Both the position numbers and the translations under genes were made by a program. Under the pieces are notes generated by a model. That model searched no databases and was not told the DNA's origin. It saw nothing but the letters and a program-made list of their open reading frames with translations. Source: Ruditapes philippinarum (taxonomy: Eukaryota). From it: a stretch of DNA of 64,000 bases. The stretch covers positions 62,001-126,000 of the forward strand of contig NW_026866645.1 of NCBI RefSeq assembly GCF_026571515.1, read 5' to 3'. Positions within the stretch are counted from its first letter, which is position 1. Every line of letters begins with the position of its first letter. Shown in pieces: positions 12,101-24,395 of the stretch.

Positions 12101-13867
12101 AATTCAGCTGAATGACGAATTTAACCCTATAAATGAGTTTTGCAATGATTTTGTGCTAGGGAAGAGGATGACCTACCTCTTTGAAGATTTTAGAACATGC
12201 AGCGTGTTTTCAAAATTTCTTAAATTGAAGTTTATACCCTTAGGATATGTTGCCTGCTTTTACACTTTGTCTTTCGACGCCTTATCTGTGATATGCAGGC
12301 TTCATAACCTCTGATTCCCTTTCAAAATTCCATTTTATTTAGTTCCGCCCATTGTTTTCTCGTTTAGGGCAAATGCTTTCTATTATTTGGGGAACATACG
12401 CCGCTTTTCATGGAATGGCACGGAAGTGTCACGTTGAAGGTTCTATGAATAACCGCTTGTATGAACACATCTTACCGGATGCTTTTCTAAATTCAAAAAT
12501 TTTACCATTTCCAATGTTTAAATGTTGAATTCTGCTTTAAGCCGGTGCTAGGAGGCGTGGGTGGTAGTTTGCACAGTACCGTCCATGAACAGGCTCAATC
12601 AAACCGAGCCTTCATAATGTTCAATTATGTTGTGTTGGACTTTCTTTAGGGATTCTTATTTTCTCTATTTTTGCATCATTTTCAATTTTGTTGTGTTGGA
12701 CTTTCTTTAGGAATTCTGTTTTTCTCTATTTTAATGGCTAAATGGCTGCCCGTTCCTGACCTTACATGGCTCCAAGCTCATGGATGGTTCTGGGGTTTCA
12801 GCCGACGAGGTTATCTAACCCCAGCTTAAATTTCCCATGTGTCCTAAAATATTGGGTTTTAAATAGGTTTACGAGCTGGCCCTTTCCCTTTCGCCCAATA
12901 GAATTACCCCCTAGTAGTCTTTTTCCCCACTGTCCTTTGGGGGCGAATTATTTTCAAATTTTGAAAGAAAATGATCACCCGATTTCTTTAGCTTCAAACC
13001 CTTTTCTGTTTTTCTAAGATTTTGTACATATGTATAAAGTATTTGCTAACTGTCAAAGTACTCTATAAGGCCAAAAAAGGGTTTTGGGTTTACCCCGCTG
13101 ATGCCCCCCCCACACCAAAAACCTCATCCAACTGTAGCGGGCTGCCCCAGCAATTTTGAAGCCTAAAGGGTTTACTTCGTCTTCTTTAAATCTATTTCGG
13201 GTATTTTAAAAAGTTTTTCAGAAAACTGGAAATCACCCTTAACAAAAGTGTCAACCCCGTGTTTCAAATTTCCTAAACCCTTTAAGGTCCCTGGTCCTTT
13301 CCAAAGGGGATTTGCGATGTCGACGCGTCAAAGGGATACCTATGTAATGTATGTGATCATATAATCTGTTTTATACAAGTGATAATATAAAAATTAACTT
13401 ATGGTGCTTACACAAACATACACAATTCACATTAAATTTGGAAAAAAGCATTACCTGTGCGAATGGTTACTACAGGTCCATATTTCTTTGACCATTCAAA
13501 CACTTGTTTAGGAAATCCTTTCAGATCGATTTCTGAAAATAATAATAGAAACTTATGATCAATGCGGTATTTATTAGAACTACTCAAAAATTAAAACATT
13601 CAATCAAATTTTGAAAAAAAAAAAAATAAGTATTTCAAAATGAAAAAAAAAAAAAAACAACACTGTTTAAATATATTTTAAAATAAACATTTTGAAATAA
13701 ATAATTTTGAACAAATTACGCAGTGCATTTCCAACCAGTGGCAGTCCAGGGGGTCCCGGTGGATAACTATATTTCCATTTTTGTAACAACCAGTACACTA
13801 CAAGCCCAACAACAAGGCCGACCAGACATGTGCTTGGTATTGAACCGGAAAGAGTGATCCAAGACAT
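179..13867 (-). CDS. Cytochrome P450, clan 2 (CYP17A1-like), copy A; partial, 3' exons lie left of the window. Coding exons 13720-13867, 13455-13532, 10983-11086, 1894-1987, 1389-1544, 179-393
   Basis: GT-AG exons with compatible phases. N-terminal anchor plus PPGPPGLPLVGN hinge, WSKKYGPV, WKVHR (WxxxR C-helix), GNILTGLCFGGKY. Exon-for-exon match to the plus-strand copy. Exon 3 (104 nt vs 99) has indels in a low-quality stretch next to a gap. Confidence 0.9.
498..848. mobile_element. Non-autonomous palindromic insertion in CYP copy A intron 5
   Basis: Absent from the homologous copy B intron (about 34485). CTATTT is duplicated at the ends. IR pair TTTATCACATACC/GGTTATGTGATAAA plus a hairpin with about 70-bp arms at 693-847. 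Confidence 0.75.
1681..1890. repeat. Local ~90-bp duplication in CYP copy A intron 4
   Basis: ATTGGCT(T/A)TGACTATATGCATGTAGTGTATTTGGCTCT at about 1681 and 1771; AAAATGAATTACAAATAGAACTTCAAA at about 1726 and 1847. Copy B has a single unit. Confidence 0.75.
2957..3104. other. Assembly gap (N run)
   Basis: 148 consecutive N. Confidence 1.
3211..3249 (-). ncRNA. Minimal type-I hammerhead ribozyme motif in the Penelope 3' region
   Basis: Minus strand reads TATC-TTGAAGA-TCCC TTTAAC GGGT-GAAA-CCGG-TT-GATA: stem I TATC/GATA, core box with C3U, stem II, GAAA, palindromic ACCGGT helix III, GUU cleavage triplet. Confidence 0.7.
3366..5707 (-). CDS. Penelope-like reverse transcriptase / GIY-YIG endonuclease (ORF2). 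Last 473 codons open; several 1-bp indels upstream
   Basis: ORF 3366-4787 plus upstream conserved PLE motifs in shifted frames, repairable using the right arm. Confidence 0.9.
5653..7049 (-). CDS. Upstream ORF1 of the Penelope-like element (helical/charged region then N/R/Q/Y-rich tail), about 440+ aa by consensus of both arms; start missing
   Basis: ORF fragments 6537-7055, 6253-6582, 6189-6431 and right-arm 7045-7494, 7887-8237 join into one frame ending ...RQNPFLYRDQRRQEIR-stop. Confidence 0.7.
7051..10805 (+). mobile_element. Penelope-like retroelement, right arm (inverted copy of 3221-7049) with many 1-bp indels
   Basis: Reverse complement of the left arm. ORF pieces 8748-9278, 9235-9609 and 9762-10175 translate to the same RT. 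Confidence 0.95.
10777..10805 (+). ncRNA. Second copy of the hammerhead motif, cut by the gap
   Basis: TATC TTGAAGA TCC TTTAAC GGGT GAAAC followed by N. Confidence 0.6.
10806..10934. other. Assembly gap (N run)
   Basis: 129 consecutive N. Confidence 1.
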
Positions 13868-14315
13868 TTTCCTGTGAAATAAGACAATAATTTAAACTTG
13901 AATATTAATTTCCTCAACATATTATAATTTTGCCAGCTTTGCAAATCTATCATACTTATCAAATTTAAGTCTGCTCTCCCCGTGAAACAGTGTACAAGGT
14001 GCTCGTATCTTATCCTAAAGAAAGCTGGCTCAAATACCTATATGATAGTAAAGATTATGTTTCCTTACAAGACAAGACAAGAACCTGTCATCAGGGAATC
14101 TAGAAAGTCGCCATATGACCTACAGTATGTTAATTTGAATTAAAAAATACAATTATAAATAACAAAATAACGTTGAATCGAACCGAAGGACAATCATAAA
14201 AACAACATTAGTAGACTTGTACTAGAAACTGATTCATATTAAGTACCAACTCTCCATGTTTGTGGTTGGATGAATTATTCTGAGATTTTACTATACTTAT
14301 AAGAAAACACTTAAA

Positions 14316-15185
14316 ATATGATAAACAAGATCAACAAGGAAAGGCGAGGCGGCGTTCAATGAACGCAACCCCCACATGACCCAGCAACAAGAACCAATGG
14401 CAAGGAGCCCAGGGGGACCCCAAACAAAAACAGGACAGGGCAAAGACAGAGCACGGACAGGTTAATCATTAAATGATAATTAATTTGTAACTGATTAGGA
14501 ATTCAAAGAAAATAAAAATAGGCCCACAAAGGGAAAGGGGACAGGAGACCGGGGGAGGGGGTGGGGAGTAATCAAAGAAATAAAAACTAGAGGCAATGGG
14601 GAAGATACTTACCGTAGACGAGAAAACAACAAGGGACACAAGCAAAAGTGTCACCAAAACAGTATGAAACAACATAAGACATACATCTGAGGAACACAGT
14701 GGGGCGCCGCCTTGGACGGTCAGCAGCATAATAATGACTGCTGGGGAGTTTAAACCGGTTAATGGTGCACCAAACCTCGCTCTTAGCCCCACCATGTTCC
14801 TATAAACGAGACAGTGTAAATAAAATGAATCCCCGCCAAGTGAAATTCTAACAGTTGTCATGGTTACAAAAGGTTAAATAAGTAAAACACTAAAATGATC
14901 ATGTAGAAACATATAAAAGTAAACCCAATGACCATAACAAAAGTACTCAATGTCCTAAAGGAAGACAGCGCAACAAGAAAATCACCTACAAGGGCCCGAC
15001 GAAGCAAGGCAGAAGACGAACATTAAGACAATTCAGTCCCAAAGGGCTTTACGAACTATCCATCATAGAGTCTCCCACTTGGTCCGTCAGATGCAATCAA
15101 AAGAGGAAAGCGTAGTGTCCAACTGTAAAAGGGTTGAACACTAAACATGCAGTATGTCTTAAAATAGTAGGGTCATAACCTCTGT
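14316..15185 (-). mobile_element. 3' remnant of a Naiad-like Penelope-like element (RT C-terminus + 3' UTR) in CYP copy A intron upstream of the ATG exon
   Basis: Minus strand about 15183-15097 translates RGYDPTILRHTACLVFNPFTVGHYAFLF, which I recognise as resembling the C-terminus of permuted-domain PLE RTs. It is followed by a SECIS-like hairpin and the CTGACCGTCCAAGGCGG motif. Absent from the homologous copy B position. Family assignment from memory, not from a search. Confidence 0.65.
15011..15076 (-). ncRNA. SECIS-like element (type II), one core base mutated
   Basis: GGGAGAC-tct-ATGAT-GGATAGTTCG-T-AAA-GCCC TTT GGGAC-TGAATTGTCT-TAAT-gttc-GTCTTCT: 7-bp helix I, AUGA core, 10-bp helix II, apical AAA, mini-helix III. 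The 3' core reads TAAT instead of TGAT. Confidence 0.65.
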
Positions 15186-15860
15186 GCAAAGCAAAATTTG
15201 CCCAAAGAGAGCTGTAACTTTAAACAACGTTCCAGAGGTCTAAAGAAAGACGATTCATGTGCAATATCTAACTTTAAACTGATCTAAAGAGGAATTTAAA
15301 GTTTTACTTGATGCATTAAAAAAAAACAGGGATCCCTTGGACAGGACCAATGAAGAGCAGTAGGAGAGCTATGATTAAGAAGATGTCTATTAGACATTGG
15401 CTTATGATTTAAGTGAGGCCAAATTTCACCTTAGGGCTTTGAGTGAAAAAACGTTGAGAGAAGCTCAATAGACTTGGTCCATATTAAATGTCTAGTAAGA
15501 CAATCCTGATCAGAAATGAAATCAATGTTTTTATTAATTAAACTTTAAAAGATGATTATCAAAGGATCATTAAGTGTTGACGTTATGGGTTTTCTTCTTT
15601 TGAGTTATGTGATCACAAAAACTCCATAAGCAACATTTTTACCCTAAAAGAACAAGTATGTACGAAATGATTTCTAATATTCATCACATAATGTCACTTG
15701 GATCCAAACGATTAAACGCCGAAATACATGATGAAGGGTGATCTAAATAAACCTTTTTTGAGAAGGTTTTCTCTGCTGATTTGGAATAAGGAGAAGATTT
15801 CGTTGCAGTTTAAAGATTATTAACTTAAGTATTTTTCAGACATTTGGTTTGTCAGTACTT

Positions 15861-15995
15861 ACATAATAATATATCCAACAAATCTGATTTTGCACAATAA
15901 TAACCACTGAACAGACTAATGGAAGTCGAATTATAAAGTATAATTTAAACCAACGTACGGGTTCACTGCCTACACGTTCACTTAAGAGTTATATA
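15861..15995 (-). promoter_or_regulatory. Putative TATA box (15989-15995) and non-coding first exon with donor GTAAGT (15862-15857) of CYP copy A
   Basis: ACGATTATATAACTCT is conserved in both paralogs, with a donor site about 130 nt downstream in both. The ATG exon begins with an acceptor TTTCACAG 4 nt before the ATG. Confidence 0.5.
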
Positions 15996-16477
15996 ATCGT
16001 GTACAGATACAGTTATACGGAACACAACCGATGTCCACTCAACCGTGTACAGTTGATATAATCTGAATAATTTATGCATACACCATGCAATCATCCCAAG
16101 TGCATAAATGCAGGGATCATATACTGGAAGATTTAAATAATATTTTAAAAGTTATTTATCAAGATGTTACTTATATACTTCTTTATTCTTTTGCTTGCTA
16201 AACTATTCATGTTGAAGAGGTATATTTATGTTGGTGTTTGAAGGAGGTATTTTAATCGGGAATTGAATCCGTTTTTGTCGTACGGTTTAAATCATTTGAA
16301 ATTCATAATATTTTGAGTTTTTTATTACTGACAATATTTCTTAATGTTAAACAACACCTTTTATCAAGGAAAAGTGTCTGTGTTTAAACCATGGAAATTT
16401 TGTTACCTTTTGTTCTACATACAATAGTTTTATATAAAAAAAACTCTCGAAATGTTATTTGATTTAAGAACAAGTGA

Positions 16478-16720
16478 AGTTGAAATCGTAGAGTAAAGTT
16501 GGATTCGTGAGTTCACGACGTTGTACTTCTGAAGTTGATTGTGAATTCATAAAAATAAAATCTTGAATTCGTGAAGTTGAAATCGTGAATTGTTGAATTC
16601 GTGAAGTTTCAAACGTGAATTCACGAGGCTGAAATCTTGAATTCCGTTATGTTAAAAACGTGAATTCACGAAGTCAAAATTTGTGAATAAGTACAGATGA
16701 ACTCTGGAAATCTTGAAGTT
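16478..16720 (-). repeat. Degenerate 22-bp GAATTC-containing tandem array
   Basis: Units like GTGAAGTTGAAATCGTGAATTC; inverted-duplication partner of 23170-23697. Confidence 0.75.
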
Positions 16721-17239
16721 GTAATGTCTCTATCGTTTTTTCGTTGATCTGACTCCAGGGTCTTGTTTTACTATTACTCGAGCACGCTGTCTTACTTCTT
16801 GTAACAGTTTTAGTTTTTGCAATATTGTTAATTTATCATAAAAAAATTTCACATCCTTTAATAACTTGTAACAAAGCATGATTGAATTACCCAATGGTAA
16901 CAAAATTTTGATTATTTCCTTACAATTTTCTAATAAAAGTAAGATAAGAACGTCTATAAAAGCACATTAAAATCAATTCTGGCGTGTGGATCTAGTTTTT
17001 CATAAATGTTAAGTTAATATCACGGCTATCCCTTTAAATTTCAGATGTTATTTCTCTTTTATGTCAAAAACTCAAGTTTTTATGATATATAACAAAAGTA
17101 TGAAACGTTCCTTTAATTGCAAATCTGTTTAAATATTATTTTAATTCAAAAGATGATTTATTTAATGACTTAATTTTGATAAAATACGTTATTGATGTAC
17201 CATCAGAGTGACTCTTTGTTGTCTGTTGTATAAATAACT

Positions 17240-18290
17240 TTGGAACCATAAAAGAAAAACACCATGAATTCCAACAGATGACAATTTAGTAATAAGTCCT
17301 TTGTGTCATACCTGATCAAAAGTTTTGCTGATGTCACAAAAAAAACATTCTTGTTGTCTTGCCATTGTCTAAGGCTTCATGGAAGGAATTATTATAAATG
17401 ATCGACCAATCAGGTTGGGAAAAAAATTAGTGGGCGAAAAAAAATGATTGAAGTAAACCGCCAATTCCTTATTGTCGTATAGAATATCTGAGACATTGAG
17501 CAGAGAATGAACAGATATTTTGTGATTAAAATGGAAGATAATTGTTTGTACTGTGGACCACTTATATAGCATTTTTGATTAGGAAAACTGTCTAATTTAA
17601 AAGTTGGCGGATTTTTTACCAATCCGAAGTTCGATTTTGAAGCTTGGCCAATTTGAAAAGACTTTTACAAATTAGTCGTTAAAATTTACCTTATTGTCAC
17701 TTAAGTTAAGTAGGTCTGATGGTTATAAATTTTAGCTTCATTGTATTAAGACCCATTGTTGCAAATTCCCTGCCAATCATATTGTTCTATCTCAATGCAT
17801 CATAATCTCCTCCTTCAGACAGCCATATCTCACGGGAGTGAGCATGACATTTTGGTTTTGTAAATTTAAAAAATGCAAATGTGGGGAAAATGATAACACA
17901 TTTCTTGATCAAAGGCTGGTTCACCAACACCACTTTATACCCAACTACGTATTTTAAGAAGAATAAGATATATGATTCAAGAAGAAGTTTTAGTGAACTG
18001 AGTGGCTCATTTGGCCAGCCAAAACTGGTCATAAAGGTATAGGAGTTTACGTGGCAGGATTGCGGTTCAAGTCATGAAAGAAAGTAATGTTTTGATTCCA
18101 AGAATTACGCAAGGTCCAAAGATTGTTCGATTTTAAGGTCATAGTGGGCATTAGAGTTAGGAGGGCAATAGGAGAGTCAAATAACCTTTTGGAGGTGTGA
18201 GTCTCGAAATATTAACGTGAAGTCATTCAAGATTATTCCGAAGCTACTAAATTGTAAGATCTAAGAAGTGACGCCGGCACAGTCTTGATT
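17240..18290 (-). mobile_element. Degenerate LINE (CR1/L2-like) remnant, internally deleted inverted duplicate of 21100-22670
   Basis: Reverse complement matches 22470-22620, 21760-22050 and 21400-21560. Boundaries approximate. Confidence 0.65.
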
Positions 18291-18975
18291 CTACAAACAG
18301 AAGTCTATTCCAAAATGCGAAACTACTATTACAATTCATAAATAGTCAGAAACATAATAAACTATTTTGCAAGATGTAAAATAATAATAATTATAATTTC
18401 AATTATTCTACGGGAGACCTCTTTGCTTATGAATAATATCCATATTTCACTTTTAAATTAATAATATCATAATATTCAAGCCAACTTAAACTAAACCAAA
18501 TCAGCACGGTGTCCAGTTATGGCCATCGCGGCACACACATACTCGAAAAAACAAAAACACGAGAATACGATGGTGAAAAGTCGAAATAACGAATCCACGA
18601 TGGTGAAAATCTGAATTTCAATCATGGTTAAACACAACATTACATCCAATTTTCAAATCGGGGTGTGTTGCGGTGTCGACATTTTACCATTATTATAATT
18701 TCGCCTTTTCATCACCGTGGTCCGATTTTTCTTTATGATTATGGTATATATCGCAAAAGCATAGCTAATTCGTTAATCATTCATTGACTTACAATTGACT
18801 TGAAACAATGCTAACTGTATCTGTATGATATTTGTCCATTTTCACAAAAGAAATGCATTTTTATCATATTAAAAGTTTGGTATAATGTCGGATACATGTA
18901 AATTTTGTTAAACTACAAGCAGTTGCACAGTCCATTGTTTGTAAAAGAAGACTACACAGGAGTCGTATTGAATTA

Positions 18976-19311
18976 TTGCAGCCGAATAATTGTTTTTTGT
19001 TTTCGTTGTTTTTGTCAACTCAGAAAGCATACAGAAAATAAGGAATGTTTGTCCTTTGAAGTAAAATGTAAATAAAAATATCTTGCAATAAAGCGAGACA
19101 TTTAAAATTGGTCATGAAGTGAAAAGCTTATGTATGTATGTTAATGTTTTTTATATACTGTTTTTATTGACGACTCGCAAAATAAATCGTGTCATTCTGC
19201 AGTAAATCATGCGTCTTATTCAAAATCATATCCGATTCGGCGGCTTTGCAGCCGAATAATTGTTTATTGTTTTCGTTGTTATTGTCAAATCAGAAAGCCA
19301 TACAGAAAATA
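18976..19311 (+). repeat. ~65-bp direct repeat pair near the centre of the inverted duplication
   Basis: TTGCAGCCGAATAATTGTTT...CAGAAAATAA at about 18976-19040 and 19246-19311. Confidence 0.8.
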
Positions 19312-21099
19312 AATAGCTTTACATATTCACGTTTTCTGTAAATTTTGTTTGTTACCTTCACTAAATAAAGATTCTATCATATTTTATGTCAGTTAAGCAC
19401 TTCAATTAAGGTATTTGACATCATGATGTGCACATTAACATATTAAATCATGATAAAACGAGTACAGGACATATATGGTGATCGGTTGCTATACCCTATA
19501 TCAGTCTTGCTAGACGAATAATTTCCGTTTAAGTATTTATTTATTTATGTGATAGTCTATCCATTAGATTTCCGGGATAGACGCTGTTAAAACAAATAGA
19601 AGCTGTTTTTTTTTTCAAAATTGAGACACTCCGAATGTTTTTTAATGTAGTAGTGATTGATGAGAATCTCAGTTAGGTTCTTTAAAATTTGTTAATTATA
19701 TATCACTGTCGACATTTAGTCATTGTACATTAAACCTTGTAACGTACATATATTCTAGGTAAAAACAACGCCTCGTAAAAATGTGATGTTTGTAATTTTA
19801 TTTTCAAACTATTGAAAGAAAGTAACAAGGCCTATACAATCATTCAGTCAGTCAATAAAAACAAACAATAAAAATGCACTTGGAAAAGTAGTGTTCATTT
19901 AACGAAAAGGAACTGAAGAAAATATATTAAGACTATTTAGTGCATACACGACATTGGAAATTTACTTAAAAGCTGTAACAACAGAAACAAGCAACTGTAA
20001 TATGATTCAGCAATGTAATGTCTTTTATTATATTTCACGGTATTCTGTACGAAAGCGTTAACACTTAAGAAGAAATGATGTTTCAGATTTAAATCTGTAT
20101 CAAGTTAACTTAAAAGAACAAGGAAAACCAACAGTCATTTATTGATTGACTGTGGGTGGTTGTTTTCATTGTTTTGGGTTTTTTTTTAACCGACGCTTTT
20201 TTCAATCACTTAATTCATTACTAAAAGTGTAGAGTGTATATATAAAGAAATAAGTCTACAATTCCAAAAGCAATAACAGAAATATGACACGTGAACAAAA
20301 CACAAACTTGATAATGAGTCCTTTACATTGATAAAATTTATATATAATGTCCAATTTATATCTCGATAAATAAAAATGATTAAGAAAGACAAAATGACAC
20401 CAAAATAAATGAAGTTGAACGGTCATTTTTTGGCGATATACATTTATCAAATATTATACCAAACTTTAAATATGATACAAATGCATTTCTTTTGAAAGAG
20501 GGGTAAATGGTACAGTTAGGATTGTTTCAAATTGAATGATGTACGAATTAGCTATGTTTTGATGGGAACCTGCAATTCAAGTACTGTGCATTTACTCTAT
20601 CCGAAAAAAAAACTCAATTTATAATCGATAACTGAAATTGTTTAAAAAGAACGGCAAAATGACACCAAAATAATCGAAGTGTAAACGGTCAATTTAAATC
20701 TAAATGAAACAGCAGCATAATTATACTGAGCCTCGAACTCAAATTGTTATATATTATATTTTAAATAGTCTGAGTTGAAAACGTTTAATTGCTTTTCATA
20801 TTTCAATCAGTTTTCACAGTCAATTAAAGATAAGTTTTATGAAAAAACGGAATGAGAGAATGAACTTTCGTTTTTCCATATATATCATTTTTATATTATT
20901 CTTATTTACTTATATATTCTTCTTAACAATGTTAAAAATCTATTACCGAAAGAAGAAATTATCCCGACAGAGCTCGATTCCTTTGATATATTAGTGAAAC
21001 AGTGAAACAAATATGTTGCGTTATTTTATATGTCATAGAAATTTAAGCTTATGTTCGCAAGCGGACTTAAAATTCTTACATATTACATTTGTTTTGGGG

Positions 21100-22670
21100 A
21101 TTGAAATAATCATAAAGCGGAACCTCAAGATGCTTATTGTACTCTTATTTCGCCCTCCAAACTCTAATGCACAGTATCATTTTAGAAATGACCAATCTTT
21201 TGACCTTTCACTTAATTCTGGAAATAAAAAATTACTATTTTGGTGACTTTAGCCTCTGTTCTGCAACACCAGCATCTACGGGTAAACTCCTATGCCTTTG
21301 TAACCAGTTTAGATTTGCTCAGTGCATCAATGAGCCAACTCATTTCACTGAAACTTCTCCTTCCATCATATCTCTTATTCTTCATGAAAACATACGTTAT
21401 TCGTTACTAAGGTTTTTTGGTGAGCCAGCTTTTGATCAACAAATACGTTATCATTGTCCCACATTTGCACGTTTTTAATTTTCTTAACCAAAAAATCCGA
21501 CTCACTCCAGTCAAATATTGTTGAACGACCGAGGAGATTATGATGCATTGAGATACTAATTGGAACAATTTGACTGGCAGACCATTCGCAACAATAATAC
21601 TAACCAATTTGTCTTTCCATTTACATATACCATGTATAAATTTTCCATCCAACATATCCTTAATGAATTAATTACGATCAGACATACGGAACCAAAGTCG
21701 ATATCAGGTTAAATTAAAAGACTAATTCTTAAACATAAGCGTAATAATAAAAAGACTAAGCTTCATAATCGAACTTCGAATTGACCAAAATTCCGCCAAC
21801 TTTGAAATCAGATAGTTTCTCTAATTAAAAATGCTAAATCAGAATATACAGCTAAATCAACCCAGACTCTCATCAATTAAACATCAAATATATCAGTGAC
21901 AACGTTTTTTTCCCATTATTGTCATATATGATCTAATCTCCCCTGCTCAGTGATATTTTATACGACAATGAGGAAAAGGCGGACACCTTCAGTCATTTCT
22001 TCGCCCACCAAACATTTCTCGACGAACCTAACAGGAACCGATACCACCAGTTTATACTTTCTGCTCAGCTCTATTATCATTTCACTTTGATCCATATGAT
22101 AACGAACCATTATTATGAACACTTTACCTTGGAAAAGCCCCGATTTAATTAAAAATCGCGTCTTAAAAGAAATGTCGTCTCAATTAGCTGTTCCTTTGTC
22201 AAATTTGTTCATTCTTCTCAGTCTATCGGTACTTTTCCTACTCAACAGAAGGTTGCAAACGTATGACCAGTTCATAATAAGAATGAGACTAATTAGTAAG
22301 TATAGATATTATAGATAAGTTTCTTCTCTGCTCCATTAGCAAAGTTTTAGTAAAAGCTGTATACAAACACGTATTAAATCATATATTAAGCAGCAACATT
22401 ATTGCAGAAGACTAGTCTGGTTTCCGCTATAAATCAATCGTTAGTTATCTATAATTTGTTCTGCGAAGCAATAGGCAATGGAAAGAAAATAATTTGAATC
22501 GTATTTTGTGACATCAGCAAAACTTTTGATCGGGTATGACATAAAGGACCTATTACTAAGTTTTTTTCTGTCGGAATTTTAGGTATTTTTCATCTGTGGT
22601 CCGTCCCAAAGCTATTTATACAAAAGGCAACAAAGAACCACTGCCCAAGGATCGTCAAGTTTTCTGGCAA
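21100..22670 (+). mobile_element. Degenerate LINE (CR1/L2-like) endonuclease-RT remnant
   Basis: Fragments QCINEPTHFTETS, KSPDLIKNRVLKEMSSQLAVPLSNLF and VFCDISKTFDRV*HKG (22501 onward). Many stops and frameshifts; boundaries approximate. Confidence 0.8.
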
Positions 22671-23169
22671 ACTATCAAATTTAGGTCAGTGTTCATCTTT
22701 TGAACTAAAACTACAATTATAGAGATTTGCAAAAAAGGAACGTTTCATACTTCTTTAATGTATCATAATAGTTCGAAATTTGTTTTTTGAAATAAGACAG
22801 AAATAACATTTTAAATCTTAATAAGTCATAGCAGTTGTAATAACTCAACATATCTTTTAACATGAACTGAATCCAGGTACCAAAATTACAGAATTCATTA
22901 AGAAAAAAATTTATGTATTCATTTAAATATGGAATTCATTATATACTGTTTTATGCGTTCCCAAGAAATTATCAGCCTGCACATTTTGTTACCATTTGGA
23001 AATTTAGTCATGCTTTGTTACTAGCTTATAAGGGCGTACACTTTTTCTTTAGAATTATTATTTAACAATATTGCAAAAACAAAAAGCTGTTAGTAGAACA
23101 GTGTGCTCGAGTATTTTCAGTGTTTGATAGTTGTCAAGACCATTAGGTCATATTAACGATATTTTTTTT

Positions 23170-23697
23170 TTCTTCGTGAATTCACAATTTTAACTTCGTG
23201 ATTCACGTTTCCAGCATACGGAATTTACGAATTCACGATTTTTCGGATTCATGAATTCCTGATTTCAACTTCATGAATTCACAATATTAAGTTCATGAAT
23301 TAATTAGTTAAAATTCATAAATTCACGTTTTCAACTTAATGAATTCACGATAACAACTTCACGAATAATTTAACGTCGTGAAATCACCATTTCAACTACA
23401 CGAAATTACAATTTCAAAATCATGAATTCACGATTACAACGTAATGAATTCATGTTTTCAACTTCACGATCGTGAGTTCTTGAAGTAAATTCACAATTTC
23501 AAATTTGTAAAGTTTGAATTGTGAATGACTATAGTTGAAATAGTGAGTTAATGAAATTTGAAATGGTAAATTTATGAAAAAGTTGAAATTGAAAATTCAT
23601 TAAGTTGAAATCGTGAATTCATGAAGATGAAATAGGGAATTCAGAAAAATGAAATCGGGAATTCATGAAGTTGAATTGTCTCCACCGGTCTTTAGTA
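23170..23697. repeat. 22-bp tandem array with internal orientation switch, ending in CACCGGTCTTTAGTA terminus
   Basis: TTCAACTTCATGAATTCACGAT-type units to about 23500, then the reverse complement. Same terminus as 42859-42873 and 59894-59908. Confidence 0.8.
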
Positions 23698-24255
23698 CAT
23701 AATTCTGTCAAATTCAACATTAAAGTTCAGGGCATTGTCAATTATAAATGCCCCTGTCGAGCAATTGTTCTTCTGTGATATTTGTAGCCCAGTCAAAACA
23801 ATTTTTCGAAAGTATTTTGAATAAATCTCTTTTTTGAATGGAATGGTGACAAATACCAATTGTTCAAACACAGACAGTATTCCTTGATAAGTGGTAGTTA
23901 TTCATTTATTAAGCAATACTGTCAGCAATGAATAATATAATATTCATAAAATACTATCAATATCAGTTATGTAAATCGTAAGACAAAAACTGATTCAATA
24001 CCAAATTAAATACCTCCTCTTTACACAGGATTAAATTACTAAAGTTTATATTTAGCTCGCGAAATAATAACAAAGTACATATTTTCAAAAAAGTTGCATC
24101 CCCAAGGCTTAACTTTAATGAGGAGCTTTTATAATACTATTTAAATTTTCAAATATATGATCCCTGCATTTTTTAGACGTGGCCTATATTGCTGATATTC
24201 TTTACTTGCACGGTTGAGTAGACATCGTTTGGTTTACGTAATACTGTATCACGAT

Positions 24256-24395
24256 TATATAACTCTTTAGTGTTCTCAATGACATCCGTACGTTAGCTTA
24301 TGTTACCTTCATTATGTGAACCGTTCTGTGTTTATTATTGTGCAAATATTTGCATTTTGTAAAAACAGATTTGCTGGATATATTAACGTGTGAGT
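24256..24395 (+). promoter_or_regulatory. Putative TATA box (24256-24262) and non-coding first exon with donor GTGAGT (24390) of CYP copy B
   Basis: Inverted homolog of 15861-15995. Confidence 0.5.

Noticed and set aside
24207-24214. TGCACGG as a metal-response or xenobiotic-response element
   Set aside because: It does not match TGCRCNC or TNGCGTG, and the paralog reads TACACGG.
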